Positions 41,063 through 54,687 of a DNA stretch of 64,000 bases are shown here, in pieces. Under the pieces are notes generated by a model, which was not told the DNA's origin, did no database searches, and worked only from the letters and a program-made list of their open reading frames with translations. The stretch's first letter is position 1. Each line of letters begins with the position of its first letter. The translations under genes were made by a program, and so were the position numbers. Origin of the DNA: Octopus sinensis (taxonomy: Eukaryota); NCBI RefSeq assembly GCF_006345805.1, contig NC_043003.1, forward strand, positions 93,620,001 to 93,684,000, in the 5' to 3' direction.

Positions 41063-41962
41063 CTAGGGGTAGTTATTTATGACAATTCGTCTTTGGTCAC
41101 TATCAGAAACCTCTGGTATGGTAGCCAGTGATAATGTATCATTTGATGAATGTTCGACAGCGGCTAACAAAAATTCATCAACAGTTCTTTCAGTACATTC
41201 AGCAATGAAACGTATGAACGGTCGAATATCGCCTTCATTTGCCATTTCTAATGTTTCATAATAACGATAACGATCTTCGACTTTGATTGAGACTGGAGGA
41301 AAGCCAGCTTGCATAAGTATGAGATTCATGAGAAGTCTGGATGTCCTGCCATTTCCATCATAAAACGGATGAATAGTGACTAACTTATAGTGAGCAAGAG
41401 CTGCATATTCAATTGGGTGAATTTTGGAAACTTCTTCAGAATTCAACCATAAAATAAATTCCTTCATAAGTTCTGGTAGTTCTTTTGAAGGAGGTGGCTT
41501 AAAATGTCCAACAAAGACTTGTGAGCGCCGAAGGCGACCACCTTCTGTAGGATCAACAAAGCCAAGCACTCGCTTGTGAACCTCCAGAATATCATCTAGA
41601 TTTATGTTTCCAGCCTTGGCTAACAAACTATTGTTCATAAACCCTAAGGCAGCATCAATACCAATAACTTCATTTTGTTCATGCAGACTCTTGCCTCCTA
41701 TTGCCATCCGTGTTTCAATAATTGCCCGAGTCTGTTCTAGAGTCAGTGTATTTCCTTCTATTGCATTTGTATGATAAATATGAAGATAATAAGTTTCTTT
41801 TTTGGCACGTCTTATCCCAGGATGGTTGGAAGGAATTTTATACAATCTATCTCGCTTTTTGTCAATCCGATTGAAACAAGTCTGATCAATTTCTTCAACA
41901 ATTGGCATTGTCCTCTTGCAGTTTATTACAGCTTTGCTGTGAGTAGGTCTCAGTATCAAAGC
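41063..41962 (-). CDS. FICD: FICD/HYPE terminal exon (Fic domain, AMPylase/de-AMPylase)
   Basis: Acceptor tattgtttttag|GCT; autoinhibitory motif TNAIEGN; Fic motif HPFYDGNGRTSR; AALAHYKLV and ANEGDIRPFIRFIA as in metazoan FICD. Exon total 280+197+900=1377 nt = 458 aa plus stop. Confidence 0.97.
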   Translation of the reverse strand, partial: ALILRPTHSKAVINCKRTMPIVEEIDQTCFNRIDKKRDRLYKIPSNHPGIRRAKKETYYLHIYHTNAIEGNTLTLEQTRAIIETRMAIGGKSLHEQNEVIGIDAALGFMNNSLLAKAGNINLDDILEVHKRVLGFVDPTEGGRLRRSQVFVGHFKPPPSKELPELMKEFILWLNSEEVSKIHPIEYAALAHYKLVTIHPFYDGNGRTSRLLMNLILMQAGFPPVSIKVEDRYRYYETLEMANEGDIRPFIRFIAECTERTVDEFLLAAVEHSSNDTLSLATIPEVSDSDQRRIVINNYP

Positions 41963-42186
41963 CTAAAAACAATAGAAAAAATAAAAGTATTGTAGCTTAT
42001 GTGAAGCATTGTCATAAAGAAGTAAAATAGTAAAATAGTGAAAACAGAAAGATTTTACAGACAAGAAAAAGTTTAGTAATTTTTATATTTTAGGCACAAA
42101 GGTCAATCATCCGAAGTAAACAATCAAATGTTAAAAAAGTAATATTGAACAAAAGTTATAAAAGAAAAGTAGCAAATGCTCCTTAA

Positions 42187-42402
42187 CCCTTTAGTATTCA
42201 GATTACTCTGTCATATGTAATGATTATTTATTTACATCAATTGAACTAGTCAGACATTATCGTGTCACTTCAAAATTTTTATGATATAGTATTTCTTTGA
42301 GAATTGTACCACAGGGCAAGTGTAAGAGGCTGGATCTGGCTGGTTTGAATATAAAAGAGGTAGAATATTTGAGCCAGATATGGCCGTTTAAATGCTTAAG
42401 GG
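42187..42402. mobile_element. piggyBac-like MITE (TTAA|CCCTT...AAGGG|TTAA)
   Basis: TTAA on both sides and CCCTT/AAGGG termini; related copies at about 31285-31459, 46167-46369, 46497-47080 (split by a SINE) and 48838-49047. Confidence 0.8.
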
Positions 42403-42419
42403 TTAAATAAGTGACTTAC

Positions 42420-42616
42420 TTTGCTGTAGAGGTGATTGGCAAGAACAATATCTTTCTCGTGTTTTTCTATGAACTCTCCGTATTCATTCAAGATATCGGC
42501 ATGCAGAGGATCCAGAGCAATAGCATGCTGAAAGAGCTTCAGGGCTTTTTCATTTTTGCCTTGGGCAAACATATCCATAGCAAGATTCAAGGCTGTTAAG
42601 GCTTCTTTTTTAACTT
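42420..42616 (-). CDS. FICD: FICD/HYPE coding exon 2 (TPR region)
   Basis: EVKKEALTALNLAMDMFAQGKNEKALKLFQHAIALDPLHADILNEYGEFIEKHEKDIVLANHLYSK resembles the FICD TPR pair; acceptor ttttgtgtgttaacag| and donor |gtaagt (phase 0). Confidence 0.93.
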
Positions 42617-44093
42617 CTGTTAACACACAAAAAAAAACGTCAAGCTTAGAAAAAGAACAATATATATTTGACAACATATACTTGCAATGTTTTCTATCAA
42701 AAAATGTTTGTTCATTTTAGTAGCTTCAACCTGATATATAATTTAGGAGTGAGTGGTGAAACCTTATAAATATATAACAGGGACTAAAAATTATAGAACT
42801 TGACAGACGGTTAGATAAAAATTGTATCTAAATATAACCAGTAGACACACAGAGGGCAGATAAAATATTGCAATGAAACTCGGAGAAATGAACATAGATA
42901 AAAAGCAAAAAAGTAGAAAATCACTGCTTAATAAAATCTTACAAATTAATTTCTATGTCAAAAACCAATCGAATGTTCCTTGAAAATTTGATATACTTTG
43001 CTTGGAAAGACATTTTCCTTCTCACAATGACAATTAAGAAATTGCTTGGCTGTTTGGTAAGAAGCTTGCTTCCTAGTCACATGGTTCTGAGTTCAGTTTC
43101 ACTGCACCTTGGTCAAGTGTCTTCTGCTATAGCTTCAGGCTGACCAAAATCTTTAAAGTGAATCTGGTAGACAGAAACTGAAGGAAGCTCACTGTGTGTG
43201 TGTGTGTGTATGTGTGTCTGTATTCATCATTCATCCCCACCACTGCTTGATAACCAGTGATGGTGTGTTCACATTCCTGTAACTTAGTGGTTCAGTGAAT
43301 GAGACCAATAAAATAAATACCAGGCTTCAAAAAAAAAAAATAAACACTGGGGTTAATTCATTTGACTAAAAATTATTCAAGAAGGTGCCACAGTCTAAAG
43401 ACTGAAACAAGTTTAAAAATTATGGAAATATTTCAATTAAACCTCTCGATAATAATCTTGATTGAATTTTATTCACCATTGCATTTCAATAGAATAAAGA
43501 TCTCTTATTCTCATAATGTCAGATGGTCAACAGCTAGTTATTCTGATGAACTAATAATTAGTTACCACCATAATTCAGTTAGTAAATGAACACTTGTTAC
43601 TATTTCACATCCCCATGGTATTTTGACAAACCTTCCAGTTGGATATGTTTTCTTTACAGCTGTTTCTGTACTCGGTGGCACATGCATGTGTATGCAAGTA
43701 CATAGAAAAACATTCCCTCTCACAACATATGTGCTTATCACAAAGAAAGAAAAATCACAGCAGCAATTAAACTATAACTCATGTTACAATAAAGGCTACT
43801 AGGATAATACATAATATGCAAAGATAACGACAGTGCCAGTTAATCTTAAGAGAAATTAAAATTTTTTCAGAGACAAAGAAAAACGAAATGCACACCCGAG
43901 TCTCCTGAAGGATAAAAATTACCACTTTTTTAATATAGGAAGTATTAATGTAGCAAAGTCCAAATACAGCTCTGAGGCCAGTTGTTCAACATTTGTATAC
44001 ATCAACAATTAACCAGAGTCAATGAGAAATTAATAAGCAGCAAATTTTTTAGACTACAAGTAATGACCATTATATGTAAGTACATTATGTATA

Positions 44094-44348
44094 CATTAAT
44101 GATTAGTAGGTATGTGGTATTTTGTTATGCAAACACAATATACTATAAGGTATACTAAATGTTTTCATTAGTCAGTACCAAGTTCTATTGTGCCAGCAGT
44201 GCTCTTACATTATTTTGTAGAAATAACCTTAAAAAAATAATGTAATAGCACTGCTGGCGCAATAGAATATGGTACTGACTAATGAAATCATTTAGTATAC
44301 CTTATTGCTTGCATGATGAAGTATCACATACCTACAAAACTTTAATGC
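44094..44348. repeat. Inverted repeat (~120-bp arms)
   Basis: ataaggtatactaaatg..gccagcagtgct..ttacattatttt mirrored by aaaataatgtaa..agcactgctggc..catttagtataccttat. Confidence 0.85.
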
Positions 44349-44462
44349 TTATATACCAGCCCCAGGAATGCCTCTAATATGTAAATTGGTATAGCCAATA
44401 ACTTAACACCGCTGTATGCAGTGGCTATATAAGCACTGTGTTCAAAGGCAATAGTGAGTTAG

Positions 44463-44514
44463 ATGAGTACTGAAGAAGGGGCAACAACCCCTGAAATACG
44501 GCATATACACTCAT
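44463..44514 (+). ncRNA. Degenerate hammerhead motif
   Basis: atgagta CTGAAGA agggg caacaa cccct GAAA tacggcatATA cactcat; stem I atgagt/actcat; stem II 5 bp. Confidence 0.55.
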
Positions 44515-45356
44515 TACCCACTTTTGTCTTAGATCACGTCTGTTTACATCTAACGTCTCAATATGAAATGTAGCAAGAGTCAGTGCTGGTAATAAGTTCT
44601 ATAGAATATCTTTAGAAATAACCTTAACAAAATTATATGTATAGTTCATATAAATATATACATATAAATTAACCAATGCCAGTGAAGAAAATATCTAAAT
44701 TTTGCCCTAATTTACAACTTACTGACTTGAAAAGTTAAGGACACACTTGATAATGCAGCCATTGAAGGGTTGGTCATCATTCAAGCATCTTTAATCATTA
44801 ATCTTTTCAGTTAGTACTGACATAGGGTCAAATAACCAACTACTCAGCTGTCTTGAAATTGGATAGTGTAGTCTGAGATGCATTAGGACTGAAAAAAAAG
44901 AACCCCTCCCCAAGACAGGACGGTTATAATTGATATGACTTTAATGGTATATTTTCTCAATCAACTTTGACCAAGCAACAACGCACACACTTTATAAATA
45001 AAAGATTAATATCTTCCTAACATTACCACCACTGAATGTCTTGAAACCTTGTTACGCTCAGTCGTAAGCTAATTACTGATGAAGAAATCAGAATGATATA
45101 TTGGATGTGTTTAATATACAAAAGTAACAATTTATAAAGAAAAAAAATAATAAATGAATAAAAAGCTAAGATAAGTAAAAATTCAAAGTGTAGAGATGTA
45201 ATTCTGAATTTTATATCATCATTTCGCATGAAAATGGGCAATCAGTCATAGAAACCATGCCAAATCAAATTGGAATCTGGTGCAGCTCTCCAGCTTACCG
45301 GTTTCAGTAAAGCCATTTAACCCATGCCAACATGGAAAGCAGATGCTAAATGATGA

Positions 45357-45400
<44 letters not shown>

Positions 45401-45470
45401 GACCTCGTGTGTACCATTGGCGATTTTTTTTCCCCTGTCTTCTCTTCTCTGGATCTTTCCTTCTCCTACA

Positions 45471-45503
45471 TTTCCAACGAAGAGCTCCGCTCGAAACGTT
45501 AAA
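45471..45503 (+). ncRNA. Decayed minimal hammerhead in a short (TA)n-flanked repeat (~45395-45600)
   Basis: ttt CCAACGA a gagc tcc gctc GAAAC GTT aaa; geometry retained, core mutated. Confidence 0.4.
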
Positions 45504-47516
45504 CCCTCCTTCTTTCCTTCTTTTCTGAGCGTCCAATAATACTATAATTGTTCCACGTCCTCGCGTTGTGTTTTTTTGTGCTTTCATGTTTGAATTAACT
45601 ATATATATATATATATATAATGTGTGAAACATCTGAATTCAAAAAGGAAAATTGGAAATAAAAAAAAATTACAAGCAATTGAAAAATAATCATTTATATG
45701 GAGAGAATGGGGAAAGCTACACCAGAGCCAAAACATGAAATTACTATTTGAACATCTTATTATCATCATTGTTTAATGCCCATCTTCCATGCATGCATGC
45801 ATGGGTAGGATGGTTGAGAGGAGCTGGCCAGGTAGGATAACTACCCTAGGTTACTCTGTTATGGCAGAAATTTTACGGCTGGATACCCTTCCTGACACCA
45901 ACCACTCTGTAGATCTTTTTAAACACTGAATGGCTATGGATGTCTACTAGAATAAAATAGGTATCAAAAAATGTTGAGAACCACCGTTCTAAACCTTATT
46001 TAACTAATACTCAAGTAGATTTCAGCTTTACAATGCACTCTTTGATGGCTAAGACAATCCAAAGTGCATTGTGACCAGTAATATGTAACAGCATCTGATA
46101 GTTTGGTCAGTCACATGATCATATAACCTAAGCCCAATTAAAAAATATTTGTTTCACCCTGACCTAACCTTTTAGCATTTAAAGTGACCATATCTGGCCC
46201 CAAAATTCTACCTGTTCTATGTTCATACTGGTTGGGTCTGACTTCTCACACCTACCCTATGTCATTCAAAAAATAAACAATCATATCACCAAAATCTCGA
46301 AGCTATGAGATAATGCATGATCAATTCAAAACAATGTGCATAAGTTAATGTAATCTGAATGTTAAGGGATTGAATAATAATAAATTGCAATCTTCTCGTT
46401 TTCAGCAGTAAAGGTTAGGATATTTCCATTCTTGCTGAAAAAAGTGTTTCCATTATCTGTCAGAATATGAGGAATGGTGTTCATTGTGCACGTTAACCCT
46501 TTAGCATTCAAATTATTTTGCCAAATGTAATGCACTCTTTATACATGTTTCAGTCATTTGACTGCGGCCATGCTGGAGCACCGCCTTTAGTCGAGCAAAT
46601 CGACCCCGGGACTTATTCTTTGTAAGCCCAGTACTTATTCTATCGGTCTCTTTTGCCGAACCGCTAAGTGACGGGGACGTAAACACACCAGCTTCGGTTG
46701 TCAAGCAATACTAAGGGGGACAAACACAGACACACAAACACTCACGCACATAATATATATACATATATACGACGGGCTTCTTTCAGTTTCCGTCTACCAA
46801 ATCCACTCACAAGGCATTGGTCGGCCCGGGGCTATAGCAGAAGACACTTGCCCAAGATGCCACGCAGTGGGACTGAACCCGGAACCATGTGGTTGGTAAG
46901 CAAGCTACTTACCACACACACTTTGTTTTGAATTAATCATGCATATCTCATAGCTTTAAGATTTCAATGATGAGATTATTTATTTTTAGAGTAGGCATAA
47001 GAAGTCAGATTTTGGCCAGTTTGGACATAGAACTGGAAGAAAGTTTTGGCTGGATATAGCTTGTTTAAATGCTAAAGTGTTAATATTTTGAAAATTACTT
47101 TTCACACAATGACAACAACATTTCCGGTTATTCTATTTAACAAACATTGCAATATATTATATGCAGCTTGTGTATTGCCATGTTGTCTCTAATCAATAAT
47201 CATAAACAACAGAGTATAACACGTGTGTGCTTGTAAACTACAATATGTATCATATCTTAACAATATCAGTGATTATCTTCTTTGTTTATTTACTTGTTCC
47301 AGTCATTAGACTGTGGCCATGCTGGGGCACTGCCTTGAAGAATTTTTAATTGAATGGATTGACCTCAGTACTTATTTTAAAGCCTGGTGGTTATTTTATT
47401 GGTCCCTTTTGCCAAGCCATTAAGTTACAGGGAAATAAACAATCCACCATTGGTTGTCAAGTGGTGACAAGGAACAAACACAGGCATAAAGACACACACA
47501 TACATGCTATAAAAAC

Positions 47517-47554
<38 letters not shown>

Positions 47555-47555
<1 letters not shown>

Positions 47556-47800
47556 GAGGTGCAATGGCCCAATGGTTAGGGCAGCGGTTTCGATTCCCAG
47601 GCCGGGCGTTGTGTGTGTTTATTGAGCAAAAACACCTAAAGCTCTACGAGTCTCCGGCAGGGGGTGGCGATCCCTGCTGTACTCTTTCACCACAACTTTC
47701 TCTCAGTCTTTCTTCTGTTGGCCTGCTTGCTTAGCCAGCGGGGTGGCGTCATTCAAAGGCTAAAACAATGCAAAAGCATTGTGACCAGTGGTCACGTGAT

Positions 47801-47810
<10 letters not shown>
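47555..47810 (+). mobile_element. tRNA-derived SINE family E nested in a family-A SINE
   Basis: ggcgcaatggccxaxtggttagggcagcg..ggtttcgattccc head (second copy 50075-50240); ends gtcacgtgatcacgtgat; sits in the internal microsatellite of the 47285-48026 SINE. Confidence 0.75.
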
Positions 47811-47865
<55 letters not shown>

Positions 47866-50288
47866 ATATGACAGCTTTTTTTCAGTTTCCGTCAACCAGA
47901 CCCACTAACAAGGCTTTAATCAGCCTAAGGCTATAGTAGAAGACACTTGCCCAAGGTGCTACACAGTGGGACTGAAACAGGCACCATGTGGTTAGGAAGC
48001 TAACTTCTTACTACACAGCCATGCAGGTATATATTTTCTTAAACTACCTCCTACTTAATACCATCAACCACCTGACTGCATCACATATTCACAAGATAAC
48101 CCTCGTTATCATTTAATGTACAAAATAATCTAGTAGTTTATCTCATTCACTTTATTATAGCCTCTAACAATTAGTATTTAGTGTCAAGTAATGTCAACAA
48201 ATTAAAGTTTCAAAGTTAAGAAAAGTTAAGAAAAGTTCAGAAAACATGGACAAAATTTACATCTATAGATCAAGTTATAAAATGAGGAGAGAATTATTTA
48301 ACCCTTTTGATTGTAATCTGCCTGAGACTACTCCTGGTTTTATGATATCCTTTGATCTAAAATCTAAATTAAAATCTTCCATCAAAATTTCATGTTAATT
48401 CATACTTTAAAGCTATTTTATTAAAATCATTATTTGAAAGGGTAACAAATAAAGACAGGGGTATTTCAATAGGAATATAGTAATAAAAGTTCTTAGTTTT
48501 AATTTCAGGTTATTAAGAATGTCAACAAAGAATAATGAAGCCACAGCTAAAGATTCCAGGACTGGCAGCTGAGATGACAAAAGTTTGAGAAAATGTTGTG
48601 TATGAGAGACCATACTAGCATAGAAAAGTGATATTAAATTACTGGTGAAGATAATGCACATATCATACCACCCACTTTGCATTTCCATAAAGCTTAAAAT
48701 TACATTGATATCTGCAAATTGATAATCAGCTTAAACACCAGGTCTTGAAGGAATTATGATAAATGAAAGAAATGAATCTATATAAGTCCTATTAGTAGGA
48801 CCATTCTATCACTGGGAAACATTTATAATAAAATTTAACCTTTTAGCATTCACATTATTTTGTCAAATGTAATGTTTGTTTATTCACATTTTTTAAAAAT
48901 TAATCATGTGTTAATTCATAGTTACATGACTTCAATGATGTGATTGTTTATTTTCAGGATGACACCGTAGATGTGAGATCAGGTCAATTTGAACATAAAA
49001 GAGACTGACTATTTTGTCTGGATATGACTAGTTTAAATGCCAAAGAGTTAAACCAAAATATACATAGGATACATAAAAGAATGTATAGAAGGTTCAGAAG
49101 ATATATACTCTTCAACCCTAATAAATCTTCCCCTCTCCCTTATCTCCATCTCTAGACATTCTCTGTAAACACCCACCCACTCACATAGTTCCTCTGTCTT
49201 CACTCACATTCACTCACCTTTAATCTAGAGGAACAGCCTGGACACTTCATCACCACTATTTATATTTATCTCTCTAAAACTTCTCTCTTCTAAATGTGAA
49301 TAGCCATGTGGTTCCTCTACAACAAAAAAACCTACTTGCCCCCATTCACTTCATACTTTTACCCCACACCACCTTACATCTAGTATAAAAGCTGCCCTCC
49401 CCACCTCTGCAGTGAGTTAGAATAAACGCCACAAAGAATTCCACCTGATGCACTAATTTTGCCACATCATTAGATTTTCTACATTATCACATTAATCTCC
49501 AATGGTGACACATGAAGGCCAAACAAAGAAGAATATCATCAATGAAATCAATACACTATTAACTTTAAAAATAAAATGAAAGGCTAAATTCATTATGATT
49601 ATAGAGCAATATATATATATATAAATACACACAAATGCAAGCATGAGAAATTGGCCATTGAAATGATGATGATAATAAATATATGTTTGTCTGTATACAC
49701 AAGGAGTGCTGAAATGTTCCTGGCTTTGGGTAAATGAAAATACAGGAGGATCAGTTAACTATGTTTCTATTCAATATATTCCCTTCTCAGATTCACACAC
49801 TTATTGCAGAGGCCCTTCGGTTTTTCTAAGCTCTGTAAAAGATCTCAGAAGGTTGGGCTTCCAACCAGGCCTTTCACCATATTCTTAAAGCCAGGAACTT
49901 TTCAGCACCCCCCTCATCTATAATACACACACACACACACATACATACAGATGTTTCACACTAATATATCAATATATTCACTTTAAAATCATTGATACTG
50001 ATGCAACTGTTACATGCACACACACACTCACACACAAATATGTGTGTGTGTGCACATGAACATATCTATCTATAGGAGGCGCAATGGCCTAGTGGTTAGG
50101 GCAGCGGACTTGCGGTCGGAGGATCGCGGTTTCGATTCCCAGACCGGGTGTTGTGTGTGTTTATTGAGCGAAAAACACCTAAAAGCTCCACGAGGCTCCG
50201 GCAGGAGGTGGTGATCCCTGCTGTACTCTTTCACCACTCTAAAGGCGGTGCTCCAGCATGGCCGCAGTCAGATGACTGAAACAAGTAC

Positions 50289-50326
<38 letters not shown>

Positions 50327-50329
50327 TAT

Positions 50330-50576
50330 GTGACACGTAAAAAGCACCATCCGTCCGTGGCCGTTTGCCAGCCCCGTCTGGCACCTGTGCAGGTGGCATG
50401 TAAAAAGCACCCACTACACTCACGGAGTGGTTGGCGTTAGGAAGGGCATCCAGCCGTAGAAACACTGCCAGATCAGACTGGGCCTGGTGCAGCCTTCTGG
50501 CTTCCCAGACCCCAGTTGAACCGTCCAACCCATGCTAGCATGGAAAGCGGACGCTAAATGATGATGATGATGATGA
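50330..50576 (+). mobile_element. SINE family D body/tail (ggcgttaggaagggcatcc box, (GAT)n tail)
   Basis: Copies near 30762-30977-, 37440-37620+, 45248-45360+, 45758-45910-, 51555-51700-, 62700-62917+. Confidence 0.8.
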
Positions 50577-51331
50577 TATATATAAAGGTTAGCAACTTTT
50601 GGAGAAGCAAGCTGCCAAAGTGGAAATGTGTTTTAGGCCAAGGTGAATAAAAAACCATATTTATTCAAGGTTATATATGAAACAGCTTGTTTTAATTAAA
50701 CACTTTAACATTTATTCATCATAGAGATGTATATGTTTACAGGATCTTCCATGTATTATCAATCGATGAAAAATATGAAATTCTATTTTTTTGCCAGGAA
50801 GAGGAAGTAGTGTTGAAACACTGTAGGTTGTTGTGGTTCAACATTTGTAGGTTCTGTAATCAAAACTGACTATGTGGCAATCAGTTAACACTAACTCCTA
50901 AGTGGATATCACATACATGTTTGTAAATGTTTTACATGGATACAAGCGCAGGAGTGGCTGTGTGGTAAGTAGCTTGCTTACCAACCACATAGTTCCAGGT
51001 TCAGTCCCACTGCGTGGCACCTTGGGCAAGTGTCTTCTACCTTAGCCTCGGGCCGACCAAAGCCTTGTGAGTAGATTTGGTAGACGGAAACTCAAAAGAA
51101 GCCTGTCGTATATATGTATGTGTGTGCATGTGTTTGTCCTCCCAACATCGCTTGACAACCGATGCTGGTGTGTTTACGTCTCTGTAACTTAGCGGTTCGG
51201 CAAGAGAGACCGACAGATTAAGTACAAGGCTTACAAGGAATAAGTCCTGGGGTAGAGTTGCTCGACTAAAGGCGGTGCTCCAGCATGGCCGCAGTCAAAT
51301 GACTGAAACAAGTAAAAGAAAGAGTATGTAT

Positions 51332-51362
<31 letters not shown>

Positions 51363-52019
51363 CGTGAGCAAGCATGTACATGTTTTGATGTGTTGGCATG
51401 TTACTGTTCCGGTTGTGAACACACTCTTCAACACAGTATTGTAACTATGGAATCAAATTGAAAACAAAAGAAGGGGGTGTGGCCATGAAAACTATAAGCC
51501 CATAGCCAGCCTAGACATTATGTACAAACTGTTCACAACCTAGCTGAACCAGTTCATCATCATCATCATCATTTTAACATCCACTTTTCTCAACTTGCAT
51601 AAGTTGGAACTTCGTGCTTGCTTGCATACACCAGAAAGAGTGATGGAGTTTGCTAAAGCAGATTTCTTTTTAAGGCCAGATGCCCTTCCTGTCTCCAAGT
51701 AAGGGGACATTTTACCCTTGTTTTCATGGAAGATTGGAAACAACCAACATTACTTGTACATAGTAACACTTGTTTTATAACCATCATGCCATGTCAAAAC
51801 AAAGTCGTACACACACTTGAGGCTTCTTTCAGTTTCTATCAACCAAACTTACTTACAAGGCTTTAACCAACCCTGGAATTTTCAGCTATTTGATCAAGCA
51901 ATCCTAATGATCCAAAGCCTTTTAACTGTGTTCAATGTAGAGAGTTCTTCCTTTTTTTTTTTTCAGGAATATTGCAAGTCTAAAAATGTATTCACTGATG
52001 AACAGGAAAGTGAAAATAA

Positions 52020-53870
52020 ATAAAGTTGGCTATCTGAAGTAGGAAAACATCATAGAGACATGACAGTAGGGATTGATTACAGAAAGGCATTTGATTCTAT
52101 TCCCCCTGTTCATGGTTACTAAACTCACTACAGATGGCAAAAAACACCTGTGGCCTTAGTTGCTGTCATTAAAAAAATCACAAAGATGTGATTTACAATC
52201 CTCATACTTTTAACTTCAAAAGTGGAATGATTGGGATACTCAACTGATCAATAGAAGAAATCTACTTTATCTTATATATTAAAAGGCAAGTTGTCGGTGT
52301 GTGTCTGTTGTGAACCACTGCTACTCCTACAATTTTCAACCGAATTGACTGCTTGCACAGTACTGCCAGCAGTATTCATTTGCGAGTTACGATTTGCCTG
52401 TTTTCACGTGAGCGCTCCTTATCATTTAGTTATTCCAACTTAAATTAGCTACTTCAAAACTCTTATCCAAAATTAAAAATCCTTAATTTGGTCTGTTTGA
52501 TTAACATTTTTGCCAACTACATTTTACTATTTTTTGGGTGCTACACATTCACCGCTTTTTCCTTAGGACTTTTTCTATTGCGTAAACTGATAATTTTCCA
52601 CCATGCCTCGATGCAAAAGATCCAACATAGGTCGGCAAACAAATGCTGCAGAGAAAAGTAAACATATGCATGCAAATGAATCTGCCAATGATGCCACCAG
52701 GAGGAACTCTCTCAATGCACTTAGGATGGCTTCAGTGCGAAGAAGGGAAAGTGAAGAGCAGCGTTGTGACCAGTTAGCATATATTGCTGTGGAACAAGCT
52801 GCCCAGAGCAACGAGCAACATTCAGTATGATAATCAAGAAATGTTTCCTCTACTGCTGCTGCACGAGCTCCAGAGATTGCAGCACCACACGCAGATCGAC
52901 TTACAAGAGATGCTTCCTCAACTGCTGTTTCACAAGCTGCAGAGTCTGCAGCACAATGCACAGATTGACTTACAAGAGATGTTGCAGCAACTATTGCTGC
53001 ACATGCTATGGAGATTACAGGGGAAAGACAACAACAGATGTTGCTCTTTGTGGCAAATAGGAAAATATCAGGTAATCATACCCTTGTCACCTTATTTATT
53101 TCATTAGCATGATCTTCACAGTATACTCTCTGTTAAGTGCCCCCAATTGTGAGGTAGGCAACAGATACTACACTTCCCATCTTTTTTGCACAGGCCACAC
53201 ATCAAATTTTTTGTTCAGATAATATTGTATGTGCAACCCAGCAAAACAGCAGGTAAACATACTATTTCCCTTTATGTCATATCTTCATATCTTTAAGCTC
53301 AACTTTTCCATCTGCTAAATAGCACATGTCAGCAGTTATGTGGTAAGGAAAATAAACTCAATTACTGCCGGTTTTTGACAGATCGACCTACTGTCCCAAT
53401 GGAAAACAATGACAATGGTGTGGGTGTATGACTATGCATGTTCACAATTGTGCTAAAAAAAAATCAAACAACAGAAGGAACCTCTGCCATTATGATTTCT
53501 TTCATTCAGTTCAGAGGTCCATCTATGAATGGTCTAATAACCAAACAGGCATACTTAACAAACAGCCCCAGGCAACGCCAGGTATGCTTGCTAGTATACA
53601 TTAAAACTTGCACGATGCTGACATTAGCTGCAAGCTTCGACAGAAACAGTGATGTCAAGATTCAATCTCAGAAGTTTAAGATCAGTGCCAATAGCATTTT
53701 AAGTGTTATACGGTATAGTTCATCAGGTGACATCTGCTCAACAGCAGCAGAACTAAATACATCAACTAAATGCTCACAGCTGAATATCTTACGCAGCATT
53801 CTTTTGCAGATGACCTTGCATGTGAATCCAGAAGTATAAGACTAACATACCTCAACAAAGCAATCTCATA
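52020..53870 (+). mobile_element. Decayed LINE RT remnant flanking the Helitron
   Basis: IDYRKAFDSIP (~52075) before the Helitron and HSFADDLA (~53800) after it, in RT motif order. Confidence 0.6.
52270..53594 (+). mobile_element. Internally deleted Helitron
   Basis: A|TCTTATATATTAAAAG start; MPRCKRSNIGRQTNAA..ANES..RRRESEEQR resembles the Helitron RepHel N-terminal low-complexity region; 3' ccaggcaacgccagg hairpin followed by tatgcttgCTAG|T. Confidence 0.8.
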
Positions 53871-54687
53871 CCATAAAAAAGGTTTTTTTCGCTGTAATTA
53901 TAATTATTATTATTATTCAGGTCACAGCCTGGGATCGAACTCGGAATCTTTGGATTAATAGCCTGTGCTCTTAACTACTACTGAATAATAATTACATCCA
54001 AAAATACCTTAGGAATGAGAACCCAGGTTCGAAATTTCCCTAGGACACCTGATGAAGGCTGGAGGGTATATCAGACGAAATTCTACAAACTTGAGGTGGA
54101 TGATATTGGTTTCAAATTTTGGCACAAGGCCAGCAACTTCGGGAGAGGGGGTAAGTTGCTGACATCAACCCCAGAGTTCAAAGTTGAACCGATACTTATT
54201 TTATGGAGTCCAAAAAGATGAAAAGTAAAATTAATTTCAGTAGATGAAATGCCACGAAACATTTTACCTGGCATGTTTGTGATTCTGCCAGCTCGCCACA
54301 CCTTGAGATGGACGATAATATTAATATGAAGTGTAGCTTGTCTTCATATCACATTTCAGAGATTATGCTTGGAAAAATTAAAATTTTCAAATAAATAAAG
54401 AGACCAGCCAACATACACTTTAGAAATACAGTCTATAAATGGAAAAGCAAAATTATATAAAATTTTTCTATGTTCAACAGGTAACACATTGTTGTTATCT
54501 ACTAGTGATACAGTTTTGCTTTAGTACTATTTATTTATTGTTCACAAACCAGTTCTTTCACACAAGGAAAAATTATAGTAAAATAAAATCAAGACACATA
54601 CAAACAGGCATTATATTCAAATGTGAAAGTGTGCATGGTGTTTACATTATTTACATTTGACAGATATTTGTCATCTTGTTTGTTGTT

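Noticed and set aside
52575-53107. Overlapping Ala-, Cys- and Leu/Gln-rich ORFs
   Set aside because: Alternative frames of the decayed Helitron N-terminal repeat.
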